In this document: positions 32,804 to 43,044 of the stretch, one piece after another
How positions within the stretch are numbered: the first letter of the stretch is position 1
Layout: each line of letters begins with the position of its first letter
Origin: Candidatus Palauibacter poriticola
GTDB taxonomy: Bacteria; Gemmatimonadota; Gemmatimonadetes; Palauibacterales; Palauibacteraceae
DNA: 64,000 nt
Direction of reading: 5' to 3'
Assembly: GCA_012270965.1 (NCBI GenBank)
Contig: JAAXHJ010000044.1
Coordinates: 18,311 to 82,310, forward strand
Position numbers and translations under genes: made by a program
Notes under the pieces: model-generated
Databases searched by the model: none
Seen by the model: only the letters and a program-made list of their open reading frames with translations
What the model was told of the DNA's origin: nothing

Positions 32804-35388
32804 TTCCTTGACGACGTCTTGCGGGGCCCGCCGCGCCGCCCCCCCGACTTCTTGCGGGAGGCGCCGGGCCGCCTCCCCGACTTCTTGGCCGCGTCGCGCT
32901 CCTTCCGCTTTCTCAGCAGCTCCAGCGCCACGTCCAGCGTGACTTCATCTGGCTCCGTCCCCTTGGGCAGCGAAGCGTTCGTCCCGCCGTGTTTCACATA
33001 GGGACCGTAGCGACCATCGAAGATCGCGATCGACGCGCCGTCATCCGGGTGCGCACCGACCTCGCGCAACGGTGTGGCGCTCGCCCGGCGACCCCTGGGC
33101 TTGGGCTCGGCGAGCAGCTCCATGGCGCGCTCGAAGGTGATGTCGAGCGGGTCATCGGTCTTCGTCAGCGAGCGGTAGTCCGACTGGTGGACGACGTACG
33201 GTCCGTAGCGTCCGATTCCCACCTTCACCGGGTCGCCGCTCTCCGGGTGGGCGCCGAGCGGGGCGGGCATGGCGAGCAGCTTGAGCGCCGTCGCAAGCGA
33301 CACCTCCTCCGGCCGCAGGCCCTTCGGGATCGAGGCGCGCTTCGGCTTCCTCCCGTCCGCCCTCTCGCCTCGCTGTACGTAGGGGCCGTAACGCCCCTCC
33401 ATGAGGTAGATGGTCTCTCCGGAATCGGGATCCTTCCCTAGACGATCCGGACCGTCCGCCCACTTCCGGAGGTGATCGATCGCCTGCTCCTCGCTAAGGT
33501 CGGCCGGGGCCACGTTCTCGGGGACGGGCGCCCGGAGCCGGTCGCCGTCGCTCTCTAGTTCGAGGAAGGGCCCGTACTTGCCGATCCGCACGCGGGGGGT
33601 GAGATCCTCGAGCCGCACGGTCGAGGCCTCGCGCGGGTCGATGGCCGCTTCGCGCTCGACGAGTCGCGCTTCGAGGCCGTCTCTCCCACCGTAGAACTCC
33701 CCGAGGTAGGCGCGCCAGTCCACATTGCCGCGGGCGATTTCGTCCAGCGCCTCCTCCATCTGGGAGGTGAAGCCGGTGTCGACGAGGCTGGGGAAGTGCT
33801 CCTCCAAGAGACGGGTCACCGCGAAGCCGATGAAGGTGGGGACGAGTTGCTTGTTCTGCCGTACGGCGTACCCTCGATCGACGACGGTCGAGATGATGGC
33901 GGCGTACGTGGAGGGACGCCCGATTCCGTCCGCCTCAAGTTCCTTCACGAGCGTCGCATCGGTGAAGCGGGAGGGCGGCTTCGTCTCGTGCCTCCGGCTC
34001 TCCAGCTTGCGGTTCTCGAGCGTTTGGCCCTCCCGCATGTCGGGAAGGACCGTTTCCTGGTTTTCCAGCGCGACGTCCGGGTCGTCGGAGCCTTCAACGT
34101 AGGCGCGGAAGAAGCCGGGGAACTCGATCACCTTCCCGGCGGCGCGGAAGCGCGCCTCCTCCGCATCCACCTGCACGTTCAGGTGCCGCAGCCGGGCATC
34201 CGCCATCTGCGTCGCGACCGCGCGTCTCCAGATCAGTTCGTAGAGCGCCTTCTGCCGGCCGGTGAGTCCGAGTTCGCCGGCCGTCCGCATGTCGGTGCCG
34301 GCCGGGCGAATCGCCTCGTGGGCCTCCTGCGCGGAGCCGGACTTCGTCTTGTAACGCCGCGGGGCCGGGCTCAGGTATTCCTTCCCATACCGGGCGGCCA
34401 CGCGGCTTCGAATCGCGGTGATCGCGGCTTCGGACATTGTGACGGAATCGGTCCTCATGTAGGTGATGCGGCCGGCCTCGTAGAGCGCCTGAGCGATCCG
34501 CATCGTCTCACGGGCCCCGAGATTCAGCTTGCGGTTGGCCTCCTGCTGCAGGGTCGCCGTCGTGAACGGCGGGTACGGGCTCCGCTTCGACCGCTTCTCC
34601 CGCAGGCTGACGACCGTGAAGGTCGCGTCGGCCAGGCGCGCGCGGAGGGCCTCGGCGCGTCCTTGGTCGAGCAGTACCACCTTGCGCCCGGACTTGAGGG
34701 CACCGGTGCGCTCATCGAAGTCCCGGCCCGTCGCGATCGCCACCCCGTCGAGTGCGGCCAGATCGGCCGTAAAGGGGGCCCCGTCGGCGAGGAGGTGCGC
34801 GCGCAGACGCCACCAGGTGCCGCTCCGGAAGGCGCGCCGCTCCCGTTCGCGCTCCACGAGCAGGCGGACGGCGACCGACTGCACGCGGCCGGCGGAGAGT
34901 CCGCGCTTGATCTTCTTCCACAGGAGCGGCGAGACCCCGTACCCGACAAGACGGTCCAGAATCCTGCGCGCCTGCTGGGCCTCGACGCGGGGGAGGTCGA
35001 TTTCTCCCGGCCGCTCGAGCGCGGCGAGCACGGCACTCTTCGTGATCTCGTTGAACGTGATGCGGCGGCACCGCTCCCGAAGCGACCGTTTACGCGCGGT
35101 CAGGGCCTCCACGATGTGGTAGGCGATGGCCTCGCCCTCCCGGTCGGGGTCCGTGGCGAGAAGAATGGAATCCGCCTTCGCCGCCGCCGCGCGCAGCTTC
35201 CGGAGGACGGGTTCCTTCCCCTCGATCGTGACGTACTCCGGCTCGAAACCCCCCTCGACGTCGACGCCGAAGCCCTTCTTGGGGAGGTCCCGGACGTGCC
35301 CGACGGATGCCTGCACGCTGAAGCCGACCCCCAGATACGACTCGAGGGTGCGGGCCTTCGCGGGCGATTCCACGATGACGAGATTCAC
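32800..35388 (-). CDS. topA: DNA topoisomerase I. It has no Zn-ribbons, a C-terminal domain with GRYGPY repeats, and a basic tail.
   Basis: Internal GTG gives MNLVIVESPAKARTLESYLG, a TOPRIM domain, the active-site Tyr region and four RYGPYV repeats. The ORF is continuous with aroK upstream. Confidence 0.85.
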   Translation of the reverse strand: MNLVIVESPAKARTLESYLGVGFSVQASVGHVRDLPKKGFGVDVEGGFEPEYVTIEGKEPVLRKLRAAAAKADSILLATDPDREGEAIAYHIVEALTARKRSLRERCRRITFNEITKSAVLAALERPGEIDLPRVEAQQARRILDRLVGYGVSPLLWKKIKRGLSAGRVQSVAVRLLVERERERRAFRSGTWWRLRAHLLADGAPFTADLAALDGVAIATGRDFDERTGALKSGRKVVLLDQGRAEALRARLADATFTVVSLREKRSKRSPYPPFTTATLQQEANRKLNLGARETMRIAQALYEAGRITYMRTDSVTMSEAAITAIRSRVAARYGKEYLSPAPRRYKTKSGSAQEAHEAIRPAGTDMRTAGELGLTGRQKALYELIWRRAVATQMADARLRHLNVQVDAEEARFRAAGKVIEFPGFFRAYVEGSDDPDVALENQETVLPDMREGQTLENRKLESRRHETKPPSRFTDATLVKELEADGIGRPSTYAAIISTVVDRGYAVRQNKQLVPTFIGFAVTRLLEEHFPSLVDTGFTSQMEEALDEIARGNVDWRAYLGEFYGGRDGLEARLVEREAAIDPREASTVRLEDLTPRVRIGKYGPFLELESDGDRLRAPVPENVAPADLSEEQAIDHLRKWADGPDRLGKDPDSGETIYLMEGRYGPYVQRGERADGRKPKRASIPKGLRPEEVSLATALKLLAMPAPLGAHPESGDPVKVGIGRYGPYVVHQSDYRSLTKTDDPLDITFERAMELLAEPKPRGRRASATPLREVGAHPDDGASIAIFDGRYGPYVKHGGTNASLPKGTEPDEVTLDVALELLRKRKERDAAKKSGRRPGASRKKSGGRRGGPRKTSSRK

Positions 35389-35982
35389 GGGCGGTCTCTC
35401 AACTCTCCTGTTGTCCTTCCGTTCGTCCTGCCGCTGGTCCTTCTGCGCCGGCGGGCGGGCGGCGAAACGCCGCAGACCTCTCAGCGCTACCTCCACGACA
35501 TCTTCCGGTTCCCGTCCGTCCGTTTCCAGCACCACTTCGGCCTCCCCGTAGGCGGCCTCCCGCGCCTTGAGCAGCGAGGCGAGCGCGGCCGCAGGGTCGG
35601 GTCCGGCCAGCAGGGGCCGGGCCTCGGCATCCTCCCGGGAAAGGCGATGGATCGCGGTCTCGGGGCGCACGCGCAACCAGACGCGCACTCGGCCGCCGGA
35701 TGCGCGGTCGATGTCCCGGCGCGCCATCCACCCGCCCCCGGTTGCGACGACGACATCCGTGGCCCGTGCCGCCCGGGACGCGGCCGTGGCCTCGAGCCGC
35801 CGGAACTCGGCTTCCCCGCCGACGCCGAAGAGGCGCGGGATCGTCTCCCCCGCCAGCTCCTCTACCTCGCGGTCGAGGTCCACATAGCGATACCCCAGCC
35901 GCCGCGCGAGGAGGGGACCGATCGTACTCTTTCCCGCCCCGGAGAGGCCGACGAGCCAGATCTTCCGCGGCAGGCTCGACAC
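35389..35982 (-). CDS. aroK: Shikimate kinase. No stop codon separates it from topA in this sequence.
   Basis: IWLVGLSGAGKSTIG...YVDLDREVEELAGETIPRLF. The linker ...RRFAARPPAQKDQRQDERKDNRRVERP runs straight into topA. Confidence 0.65.
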
Positions 35983-35983
35983 G

Positions 35984-37171
35984 TCACGTCCCGATACGGG
36001 CGAGATAGCCCTCCACGTTGGACCGCATCTCCGCGAGGCTGTCGCCGCCGAACTTCTCGATCCACGCGTCCGCCAGCACGAGCGCCATCATCGCCTCTCC
36101 GACAACGCCTGCCGCGGGAACCGCGCACACATCGCTGCGCTCCCGGATCGCCTTGGCCGCTTCGCCCGTCCGGGTGTCGACGCTGTCCAACGGGCGGCGG
36201 AGCGAGCTGAGCGGCTTCATTGCCACGCGCGCCACGATGTCGCCCCCCGTCGTCATCCCCCCTTCCAAGCCTCCCGCGTTGTTCCGCCGCCGTCTGTAGC
36301 CCCCGCTCTCGCGGCGCGCCGGATCCCGTTCGATCTCGTCGTGGACGTCGGACCCCCGCCGGCGCGCGGCCTCGAATCCCATCCCGATTTCCACACCCTT
36401 CATCGCATGGATCGACATCATCGCGCCGCCGATGCGGCCGCTCAAGCGGGTCTCCCACGTGACGTGGCTCCCGAGACCCGCGGGAACGCCACGCACGACG
36501 ACCTCGAACACGCCTCCCAGCGAATCGCCGGCGCGGCGAGCCGCATCGATCGCCACGACCATGGCGGCTCCGGCCTCCGCATCGATGCAGCGCACGGGCG
36601 AGGCGTCGGCCACGGCGAGAAGATCCTCCGGCAGCGGCACATCCGGCGGCACCTTCACCGGACCGATCAACACCACGTGACTCGCGATGCGCACGCCGAA
36701 CTCGCCCAGCAACCGCTTGGCGACGGCCCCGGCCGCGACGCGCGCGGCGGTCTCTCGCGCGCTCGCACGTTCGAGGATGTCGCGGGCGTCCTTGCGCCCG
36801 TACTTGAGCATCCCCGCGAGGTCGGCGTGTCCCGGCCGCGGCAGGTACACGCGGCGCAGGAGTTCGTCGTCATCCACCTCCGGCGCCTCGACCGCCATCG
36901 CCGCCCCCCAGTTTCTGAAGTCGCGGTTGGGGATGCGGATCGCGACCGGAGACCCCAGCGTCTCCCCCAGGCGCACACCGCCGAAGATCTCGCCCACATC
37001 CCTCTCGATCCTCATGCGGCCCCCGCGGCCGTGCCCGCCCTGCCGGCGCGCCAGTTCCCGCGCCACGTCGTCAGTTTCGAGCGCCAATCCGGCGGGGATC
37101 CCCTCCAGCACGGCGACCACGGCGGGGCCGTGTGTCTCGCCCGCCGTGGTCAACCTCAGACACCTCAACAT
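35984..37171 (-). CDS. aroC: Chorismate synthase.
   Basis: LTTAGETHGPAV, GGRMRIERD and RSDVCAVPAAGVVGE regions. Confidence 0.9.
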   Translation of the reverse strand: MLRCLRLTTAGETHGPAVVAVLEGIPAGLALETDDVARELARRQGGHGRGGRMRIERDVGEIFGGVRLGETLGSPVAIRIPNRDFRNWGAAMAVEAPEVDDDELLRRVYLPRPGHADLAGMLKYGRKDARDILERASARETAARVAAGAVAKRLLGEFGVRIASHVVLIGPVKVPPDVPLPEDLLAVADASPVRCIDAEAGAAMVVAIDAARRAGDSLGGVFEVVVRGVPAGLGSHVTWETRLSGRIGGAMMSIHAMKGVEIGMGFEAARRRGSDVHDEIERDPARRESGGYRRRRNNAGGLEGGMTTGGDIVARVAMKPLSSLRRPLDSVDTRTGEAAKAIRERSDVCAVPAAGVVGEAMMALVLADAWIEKFGGDSLAEMRSNVEGYLARIGT

Positions 37172-37772
37172 TCCGTCGGCATCGCGTACATTCCCTCCTC
37201 ATCAACCGGCCGTCCCAACGGCGGGAAAAGGATGCGCCGAGGGCGGGAGCCGCAACCGGCGGCTGAAACGACCAACTCGGTGGAGCCTCGCCGACGCCGT
37301 CTTCCATCATCCGCCACGAAGAAGCGGCTCATGCCGTACGGGCTGTGAGACGCCACCGTCTACCAGGGTGTGAGGTCACATGGGACCAACAGATGTGGGC
37401 ACCGCCGCAACGAGAATGGCGGGCTCCGGGAAAACCCTGTAGAGAAAGATCTCTTTCCCGTAGCTAGAGTCGTGGGCCCAGCTGCTTTCGTCCACCCGGG
37501 CCCGACCGCCTCATGCGTCAAGCGGCCCTCCGTTGTGAAGAAACGTACGCGCTCTTCCGTGAAGCCCACTTGTGCAAACCCGCGTCCGTCGGCGGCAGGG
37601 AACAGTTGCGCCGGCTATCCGATGCCGTCTCTGATCATAGGCTCAAGCCTCCCCGGTGCCGCCGACGGAGTGGACCCAGAGTAACCCTCGGGCCTCAAGT
37701 GGCCCATCCCCTTGTTCGAACGGCGGAAGAAGGATGTGCCGAAGGCGGGGGCCGCAACCTGCCGTCCCTCCA

Positions 37773-39584
37773 TCATCCGCCGGGCCGGGGTTGGATGATG
37801 TGCGGCGTGACGAGGATGATGAGGTCCTGCTTCACCTCGTATTCCTTCGTGCTCCGGAACAGGGCCCCGAGCAGCGGGAGGTTCATCAGGCCGGGGATGC
37901 CGCTGCGGCTCCGGCTCACCTCGCTCAGCGTCAGCCCGCCGATCACGGCGGTCTCGCCGTCATCGAGCAGCAGTGTCGTCTCGCCGATCTGCTTTTCGAA
38001 CACGAATCCCACATCCGAGAGTCCGACCTTCAGGCCGGACCGTTCGGCCATCAGTTCCAGCCGGATCTGGTTGTTGTTCGTGACGTGCGGAACGACGTCC
38101 AGAATGATCCCCGTGTCTTCGTAGTCGACGTTGACGCGCGCGGACTCGGTCTGGGCTCCCGGCTCCAGGACGCGGATCGGGGTGCGTTCGCCCACCTGGA
38201 TCCTTGCGTGCGCGTGGTCCACGACTCGGATCGAGGGTGCCGCCTGCACGTCCGACAACTGGTGGGACTCCAGCGCTTCGAGGAACGCGAAGAGGGAGAA
38301 CTCGCCGAACGCCACGGCCGTCAGGATCTGGAGGGCGGGCCCGATCGGACGATCGTTCGCGTTCGCCAGCGCCGCGACCGCCGAACCGCCCAAGCTTACG
38401 AGCGTTTCGTTCGTCCGCCTGATGAACCCCTGATCGACGGTGCCATCGCCGTCCACATCGACGAGCTGGGGTGGCGAGTTGGGATCGGGCACCGCGATGA
38501 GGTCGTTGAGGCCCTGCTCCACGAAGCCGCCGTTGCGCTCCTTGAGGTCGTACACGATCCCCAGTTGTTGTACGTCGGTCCGATCCACGAACACGATCTT
38601 CGCCTCGATCGCGACCTGTGGGAGGCGCCGGTCCAAGGCCGCGATGATCGTGTCCATCCGCGCGACGACGGACGGTGCGTCGGTCACGATGACGCTGTTG
38701 CTGCCGGAGAACGACACGACTTGGCCGCGGTTGGGCGTGGCCAGGTGTCGGAGCGTCTCGGCCACCGAATCCGCCCGCGCGTAGTTGACCCGGATCACGC
38801 GCGTTTCGCTGAGCAGTTGATCCCGCGCCTGGAGGTTCTCCAGCCAGTCCACGACGATGATTCCGCTCTCGGTCCGGTGCCAGCCGAGGTTCTGGGCCGA
38901 CAGGATCGCGTTCAGCGCCACGTCCCACGGCTGGTCGCGGATGTCGATGCCTCGAACGACGACGGACGCGACCTCGCCGTTCGGGACGACCGAGATGTCC
39001 GCGAACTCCGAGAAGCCGGCGAGGACGTCGAGCATGCTGGCGCTGTCGTACACCACCGAAATGCGCGGCTCGGTCTCCTGCGTTACGGACGGCGGCCCGG
39101 TCTGCGGCCCGGTCTCCGTGACGGGCGGCGGCCCCGTCCGCAGCTCGGTCTCCGGCGTGACGGGCGGCGGCCCGCGATCACGGCGAGCGCCCGTCGTCGA
39201 CCACGGAGCAAAGGGCGGCCCCGGGTTCTGGAAGGTCACGCGGGTCGTTCCGGAGTCCGCGGCGACGCGGTAGGCGGTTTCCCGATCAAGGTCGAATACG
39301 AGGCGCAACGTCCCGGGCTGGAGCTGAGTGGAACGCATGGCGAGGACTCCGCCGCGGCCGATCCGGTCGTAGTGGCGGCGCGCCAGACCTCGGCTCACCC
39401 CGTCAAGGTCCAAGACTAGTCGCGGAGGATTGGCGAGCATCATGTGGCGGGGCGTGGCCGGTCCGCCGACGACCAACGTGATCTCGGTGTCCGTCCCCTC
39501 GGAGGTGATCCTCACTTCCCGCAGTTCGGCTGGGGAGGCCGCCGCAAGCGCCAAGGCGAAGGCGAGAATGGCCCGGGAGATCAT
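37773..39584 (-). CDS. pilQ: Type IV pilus secretin PilQ.
   Basis: AMIN-like N-terminus. Secretin C-terminus ...GIPGLMNLPLLGALFRSTKEYEVKQDLIILVTPHII. Confidence 0.85.
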   Translation of the reverse strand: MISRAILAFALALAAASPAELREVRITSEGTDTEITLVVGGPATPRHMMLANPPRLVLDLDGVSRGLARRHYDRIGRGGVLAMRSTQLQPGTLRLVFDLDRETAYRVAADSGTTRVTFQNPGPPFAPWSTTGARRDRGPPPVTPETELRTGPPPVTETGPQTGPPSVTQETEPRISVVYDSASMLDVLAGFSEFADISVVPNGEVASVVVRGIDIRDQPWDVALNAILSAQNLGWHRTESGIIVVDWLENLQARDQLLSETRVIRVNYARADSVAETLRHLATPNRGQVVSFSGSNSVIVTDAPSVVARMDTIIAALDRRLPQVAIEAKIVFVDRTDVQQLGIVYDLKERNGGFVEQGLNDLIAVPDPNSPPQLVDVDGDGTVDQGFIRRTNETLVSLGGSAVAALANANDRPIGPALQILTAVAFGEFSLFAFLEALESHQLSDVQAAPSIRVVDHAHARIQVGERTPIRVLEPGAQTESARVNVDYEDTGIILDVVPHVTNNNQIRLELMAERSGLKVGLSDVGFVFEKQIGETTLLLDDGETAVIGGLTLSEVSRSRSGIPGLMNLPLLGALFRSTKEYEVKQDLIILVTPHIIQPRPGG

Positions 39585-40018
39585 CGGTCCGTCCCTCCTT
39601 CGCGCCGTACGCGCAGCGTCTCCCGGCGGCTGACGCCGAAGCTCGTGATGACGAAATCCACCGCGTCCATGCCAATCCGCGCGACGCGGGCCGTGCCGAT
39701 GGTGTCACGTTCGCGGGCCCGGTATCGCCGGCCGGTCGTCCGATCGGTCAAGACCGCCACGCTTCCGAGCTGCGGGTTGTAAACCACGCCGGCCAGCGTA
39801 AGATCGCCGAAACGGGGTCCCTCCCGCGTGTCGAGGTGAAGCGGCCGAAACGGGTCGCGGCGGTCGAAGCCAGGGTAGGTGAAGACCTCCCGCTCGTAGA
39901 CCGGCGGCGGCCGTGTCTGGGCCGCGACCTCAGCGCCGAGCGCCTCACGTGGCCCCGTGTCCCACGGATCGGGCCGGAACGCCGCGGCGAGCAGCACGGC
40001 AAGAATCGCGCGGATCAT
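39581..40018 (-). CDS. pilP: Pilus assembly protein PilP (start MIRAILAVLL).
   Basis: Signal anchor. YEREVFTYPGFDRRDPFRP motif. Position between pilO and pilQ. Confidence 0.6.
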   Translation of the reverse strand: MIRAILAVLLAAAFRPDPWDTGPREALGAEVAAQTRPPPVYEREVFTYPGFDRRDPFRPLHLDTREGPRFGDLTLAGVVYNPQLGSVAVLTDRTTGRRYRARERDTIGTARVARIGMDAVDFVITSFGVSRRETLRVRREGGTDR

Positions 40019-40599
40019 CTTTCCTCCGGCAAAGCGCTGTCCTCGGGGGGGAGCACGAAGGTCTCGAGGATGAGGCGCGCGTGAACGAGTTGCCGTCCCG
40101 AGTTGGTGATCCGGGAGGGTACGATCTCGTCGACCTCGGGCCGTACGATTCGGGCGAAGCCGGCGACTCGCGTCAGAAGCCGCCCAATATCGTGGTATGC
40201 CCCTTCGACCTGAAGCGTCCACAGTTGCCGCACGAAGGCGTTGGTGGAGTCGACCACGGGATCGGCCGGCAGGGCGTGGATGAGATCGAGACCGAGCGCC
40301 TGAGTCTCGGCCGCGATGGCTTCGTAGATCGCCTCGACCTCACGCTCTCGCGGCACGAGCCGCTTCAGCACCGAGAGTTGCCGCTCGCCGAGTACGAGAC
40401 CCTCGCGCATCTCATCCAGGTTTCCGGCGCTCAACTCGGCGACGGCGTTGGCCCGCTCGGCCCGCTCGATCCGTTCCGCCAAATCGGCCAGTTCCACCCT
40501 GCGCGGGCTCCAGAAGTACAGGTGGAAGGCCGTACCGCAGCCCACCAGGAGTACGAGCCCGAGCACTCGGACCTGCGCGCGCGGATCCTTGGGCAGCAC
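40015..40599 (-). CDS. pilO: Pilus assembly protein PilO.
   Basis: Single TM helix plus coiled coil. Position in the pilMNOPQ order. Confidence 0.65.
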   Translation of the reverse strand: MLPKDPRAQVRVLGLVLLVGCGTAFHLYFWSPRRVELADLAERIERAERANAVAELSAGNLDEMREGLVLGERQLSVLKRLVPREREVEAIYEAIAAETQALGLDLIHALPADPVVDSTNAFVRQLWTLQVEGAYHDIGRLLTRVAGFARIVRPEVDEIVPSRITNSGRQLVHARLILETFVLPPEDSALPEER

Positions 40600-40601
40600 G
40601 G

Positions 40602-41222
40602 TCAGGTGGGCTCGACCCGCCGCGACGCGGACGCGTGGGCGAAGCGAACCACGAGGGTGAAGGCCTGCCGGGAGACCTGATCGGGATCGGATCCCCGCTG
40701 CTGGCTGCCGACGATCCTCACATCGGCGATGGAGTCGGAGGTCCCGAGGCTACGAACGAACTCCGTGATCGCGAGCGGATTGCCCGCAACCCCTTGGAGT
40801 TCGACCGTAAGGTCGGGCGGCGGCGAGAGTTGACGCAGAGAGATCAGCCAAGCCGGCGGCGGGAGCGCGCGGCTGATTTCGTCCATCAGGCGCGGCCACG
40901 CGAACCGGTCGCGGTCCAGCTCTTCGACCAGGGCGACGCGCTCGCGAATCTCGCGAGACTTCTCCGTCAAACTGTCGCTTGCGGCCCGGAACTCGGCGAG
41001 CCGCGCCGAGTCCGCCACGGCCGCCTCAAGACGCGCCCCGAGTTCGAGGGCTTCGGTTCGTTGCAACCACCACAGCGCGACCGTGCCCGGCGGGATCGTC
41101 AATGCCGAAACCAGCAGCGCGATGCCCCAAACGTCGATCCGGAGATCGCCCGCCGCGTTCCCATCGGTCGCGCTCCCTCGCCGCGCACGCAGAGACTCGG
41201 GCAGAAGATTGATCTCGATCAT
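40602..41222 (-). CDS. pilN: Pilus assembly protein PilN (start MIEINLLPESL).
   Basis: INLLP motif, then a TM helix and a coiled coil. Confidence 0.65.
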   Translation of the reverse strand: MIEINLLPESLRARRGSATDGNAAGDLRIDVWGIALLVSALTIPPGTVALWWLQRTEALELGARLEAAVADSARLAEFRAASDSLTEKSREIRERVALVEELDRDRFAWPRLMDEISRALPPPAWLISLRQLSPPPDLTVELQGVAGNPLAITEFVRSLGTSDSIADVRIVGSQQRGSDPDQVSRQAFTLVVRFAHASASRRVEPT

Positions 41223-41244
41223 GGCCGCACCCCCGCGCCCACCT

Positions 41245-42201
41245 TCAGCCGCGGAGCGGGGCGCGCAGCGCCAGCCCGACCGAGAGCATGAGCAGCGGTG
41301 CCACCGCACGCAGATCCATCCGGTCCGCGACGCCGGGCGCGACCTCGATCCGTTCGAACGCGCTCGCGAGGCGGGTCTCGACGCCGGTCGTTTCGGCGAG
41401 GATCTCGACCAGCCCGGACGCCGCGGCTCCTCCCCCGCACAGGTATACGCGTGCGATCCCCGGTCCCGTCTCCACGAACGCCCCCGTCCGGTCGATGCCG
41501 CGCGCGATGCGGCGGGCCCACTCGTCGAGCCCGTCCGCGGTCGGGGCGCCGCTGGCCAGTTCGCGAGTCAGCAGGGGAAGTCCGTTCCGGAGCAGGTGTA
41601 TGGCGGTCGACCCGACCCCGATGTCGACCAGCACGATCACATCCCTCATGGCCGCCGGATAGTTCGCCTCGAACGCGTTGCGAAGCGCCAGAGCTTCCAC
41701 ATCGACGGTCGTGGCGTTCAGGCCCGCTTGCCGTAGGAGCGCCACCCGCGTCTCGACGACGCCGCGCTTCGCCGCCGCCAGCAACACGGTCATCGTCGAG
41801 CTTTCGCCGTCCGGATCGATGATCGAGAAGTCCAGCTCCACGTTCCTCATGTCGAAGGGGATGTGCTGCTCGGCCTCCCACGGCATCACGGCGCGGGCCT
41901 CCGCCTCATCCATCCGGTCGATCTCGATCACCTTGCTCAGGACGTCGCGCCCGCCGATGCCGATGACGACATCGCGGGGCTTGATTCCCTCCCGCTTGAA
42001 CATCGAGGAGAGTGTGTCGGCGACACGCTCCGGATCCCGGATCGTCCCACCGCGCACGGCGTCCACCTCGTTCGCGGCGGTTGCGAGCCCCGTCACGCGT
42101 GGCCCGCCCGCGCCATGGTCGATCACCGCGGCCTTGCTGAAACCGCTGCCGATGTCGACTCCGACGGTCGTCTTCCGGCGCCGCAATCCGAATCTCCTCA
42201 C
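41245..42201 (-). CDS. pilM: Pilus assembly protein PilM (actin-like ATPase fold).
   Basis: VGVDIGSGFSKAAV..., two actin-like subdomains. Position at the head of pilMNOPQ. Confidence 0.8.
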   Translation of the reverse strand: MRRFGLRRRKTTVGVDIGSGFSKAAVIDHGAGGPRVTGLATAANEVDAVRGGTIRDPERVADTLSSMFKREGIKPRDVVIGIGGRDVLSKVIEIDRMDEAEARAVMPWEAEQHIPFDMRNVELDFSIIDPDGESSTMTVLLAAAKRGVVETRVALLRQAGLNATTVDVEALALRNAFEANYPAAMRDVIVLVDIGVGSTAIHLLRNGLPLLTRELASGAPTADGLDEWARRIARGIDRTGAFVETGPGIARVYLCGGGAAASGLVEILAETTGVETRLASAFERIEVAPGVADRMDLRAVAPLLMLSVGLALRAPLRG

Positions 42202-42204
42202 GTA

Positions 42205-43044
42205 TCAGTTGCGGAACGACATCGCGTAAACGACCCGCCGGCCCGTCGTGCGCCCGTTGCGGCCGATGGTCGTACCGGTCAGCCGGACCCCGCGCACACG
42301 AGAGAGATCCGCGGGCGCTACGCCCGCCTGGATCGCGCCGCTCGACAACCGATACTCGAACGCCGCGCCGGCCTCGAGCGGGGTCACGAACTCCTGGCCG
42401 TTGCGCCGGATGGACACGGTCTCCGACTGGGAACTGGACCGATGGATGGCGTAGGTGAGCCGCCCATAGACGCGAGCGAGCGCGCCGGGCTCGGGCCTCG
42501 CGGGGAGGCCTCCGCTCCAGCCGCTCGCGCGGCGGAACCATCGGGGCGACATCCGATTCGCACGATCCGCTCCGGCCGCGCGGCAAGCGGTCTCCGCCGC
42601 GGCCGAGATGCTGGAGCTGGGCGTGAATCCGTCCGCGTAGACCCAGGTCGGCGAGTACGGCCCGGAGAACGCCGTGCCGCGCCACCCGGGCTGAGGGTTC
42701 GCGGCGATGGAATCGTAGATGAAGAGATCGACCAGGCCGGCGCTCGGTGCGCCGCATACGACGGCCCTCAAGATGTCAACGCGGATGGACACCGTGTCGG
42801 GCGTCGCGAGGAGCAGGTCGCCCGGCCCGGCGCCGCGGATCTCCGCTCCCATTCCCTCGGACAGAGCGCGCGTGTTCTGCGACGCTTGGATCGCGTCCTC
42901 GTTGCGCAGATGGAAGGCGCTCTGACTCCCCAGGATGGCGATGAGCAGACCGATGAGCAGACCGGCGCCCGTCAGCGCGACGAGCACCTCGGCGAGCGTG
43001 AACCCTCCCGGGCTGGGGAACACGAGGCGACTCGGAGCGCTCAT
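42205..43044 (-). CDS. Type IV minor pilin (prepilin-type N-terminal methylation domain).
   Basis: GFTLAEVLVALTGAGLLIGLL. Confidence 0.55.
   Translation of the reverse strand: MSAPSRLVFPSPGGFTLAEVLVALTGAGLLIGLLIAILGSQSAFHLRNEDAIQASQNTRALSEGMGAEIRGAGPGDLLLATPDTVSIRVDILRAVVCGAPSAGLVDLFIYDSIAANPQPGWRGTAFSGPYSPTWVYADGFTPSSSISAAAETACRAAGADRANRMSPRWFRRASGWSGGLPARPEPGALARVYGRLTYAIHRSSSQSETVSIRRNGQEFVTPLEAGAAFEYRLSSGAIQAGVAPADLSRVRGVRLTGTTIGRNGRTTGRRVVYAMSFRN

Noticed and set aside
37172-37772. RNase P RNA, tmRNA or SRP RNA in the large aroC-pilQ gap.
   Set aside because: I searched by eye for GGAAAGUCCGG, GGUUCGAUUCC / tmRNA 3' end, and AGGUCCGGAAGGAAGCAGC on both strands and found none. I kept the gap only as an unexplained region.
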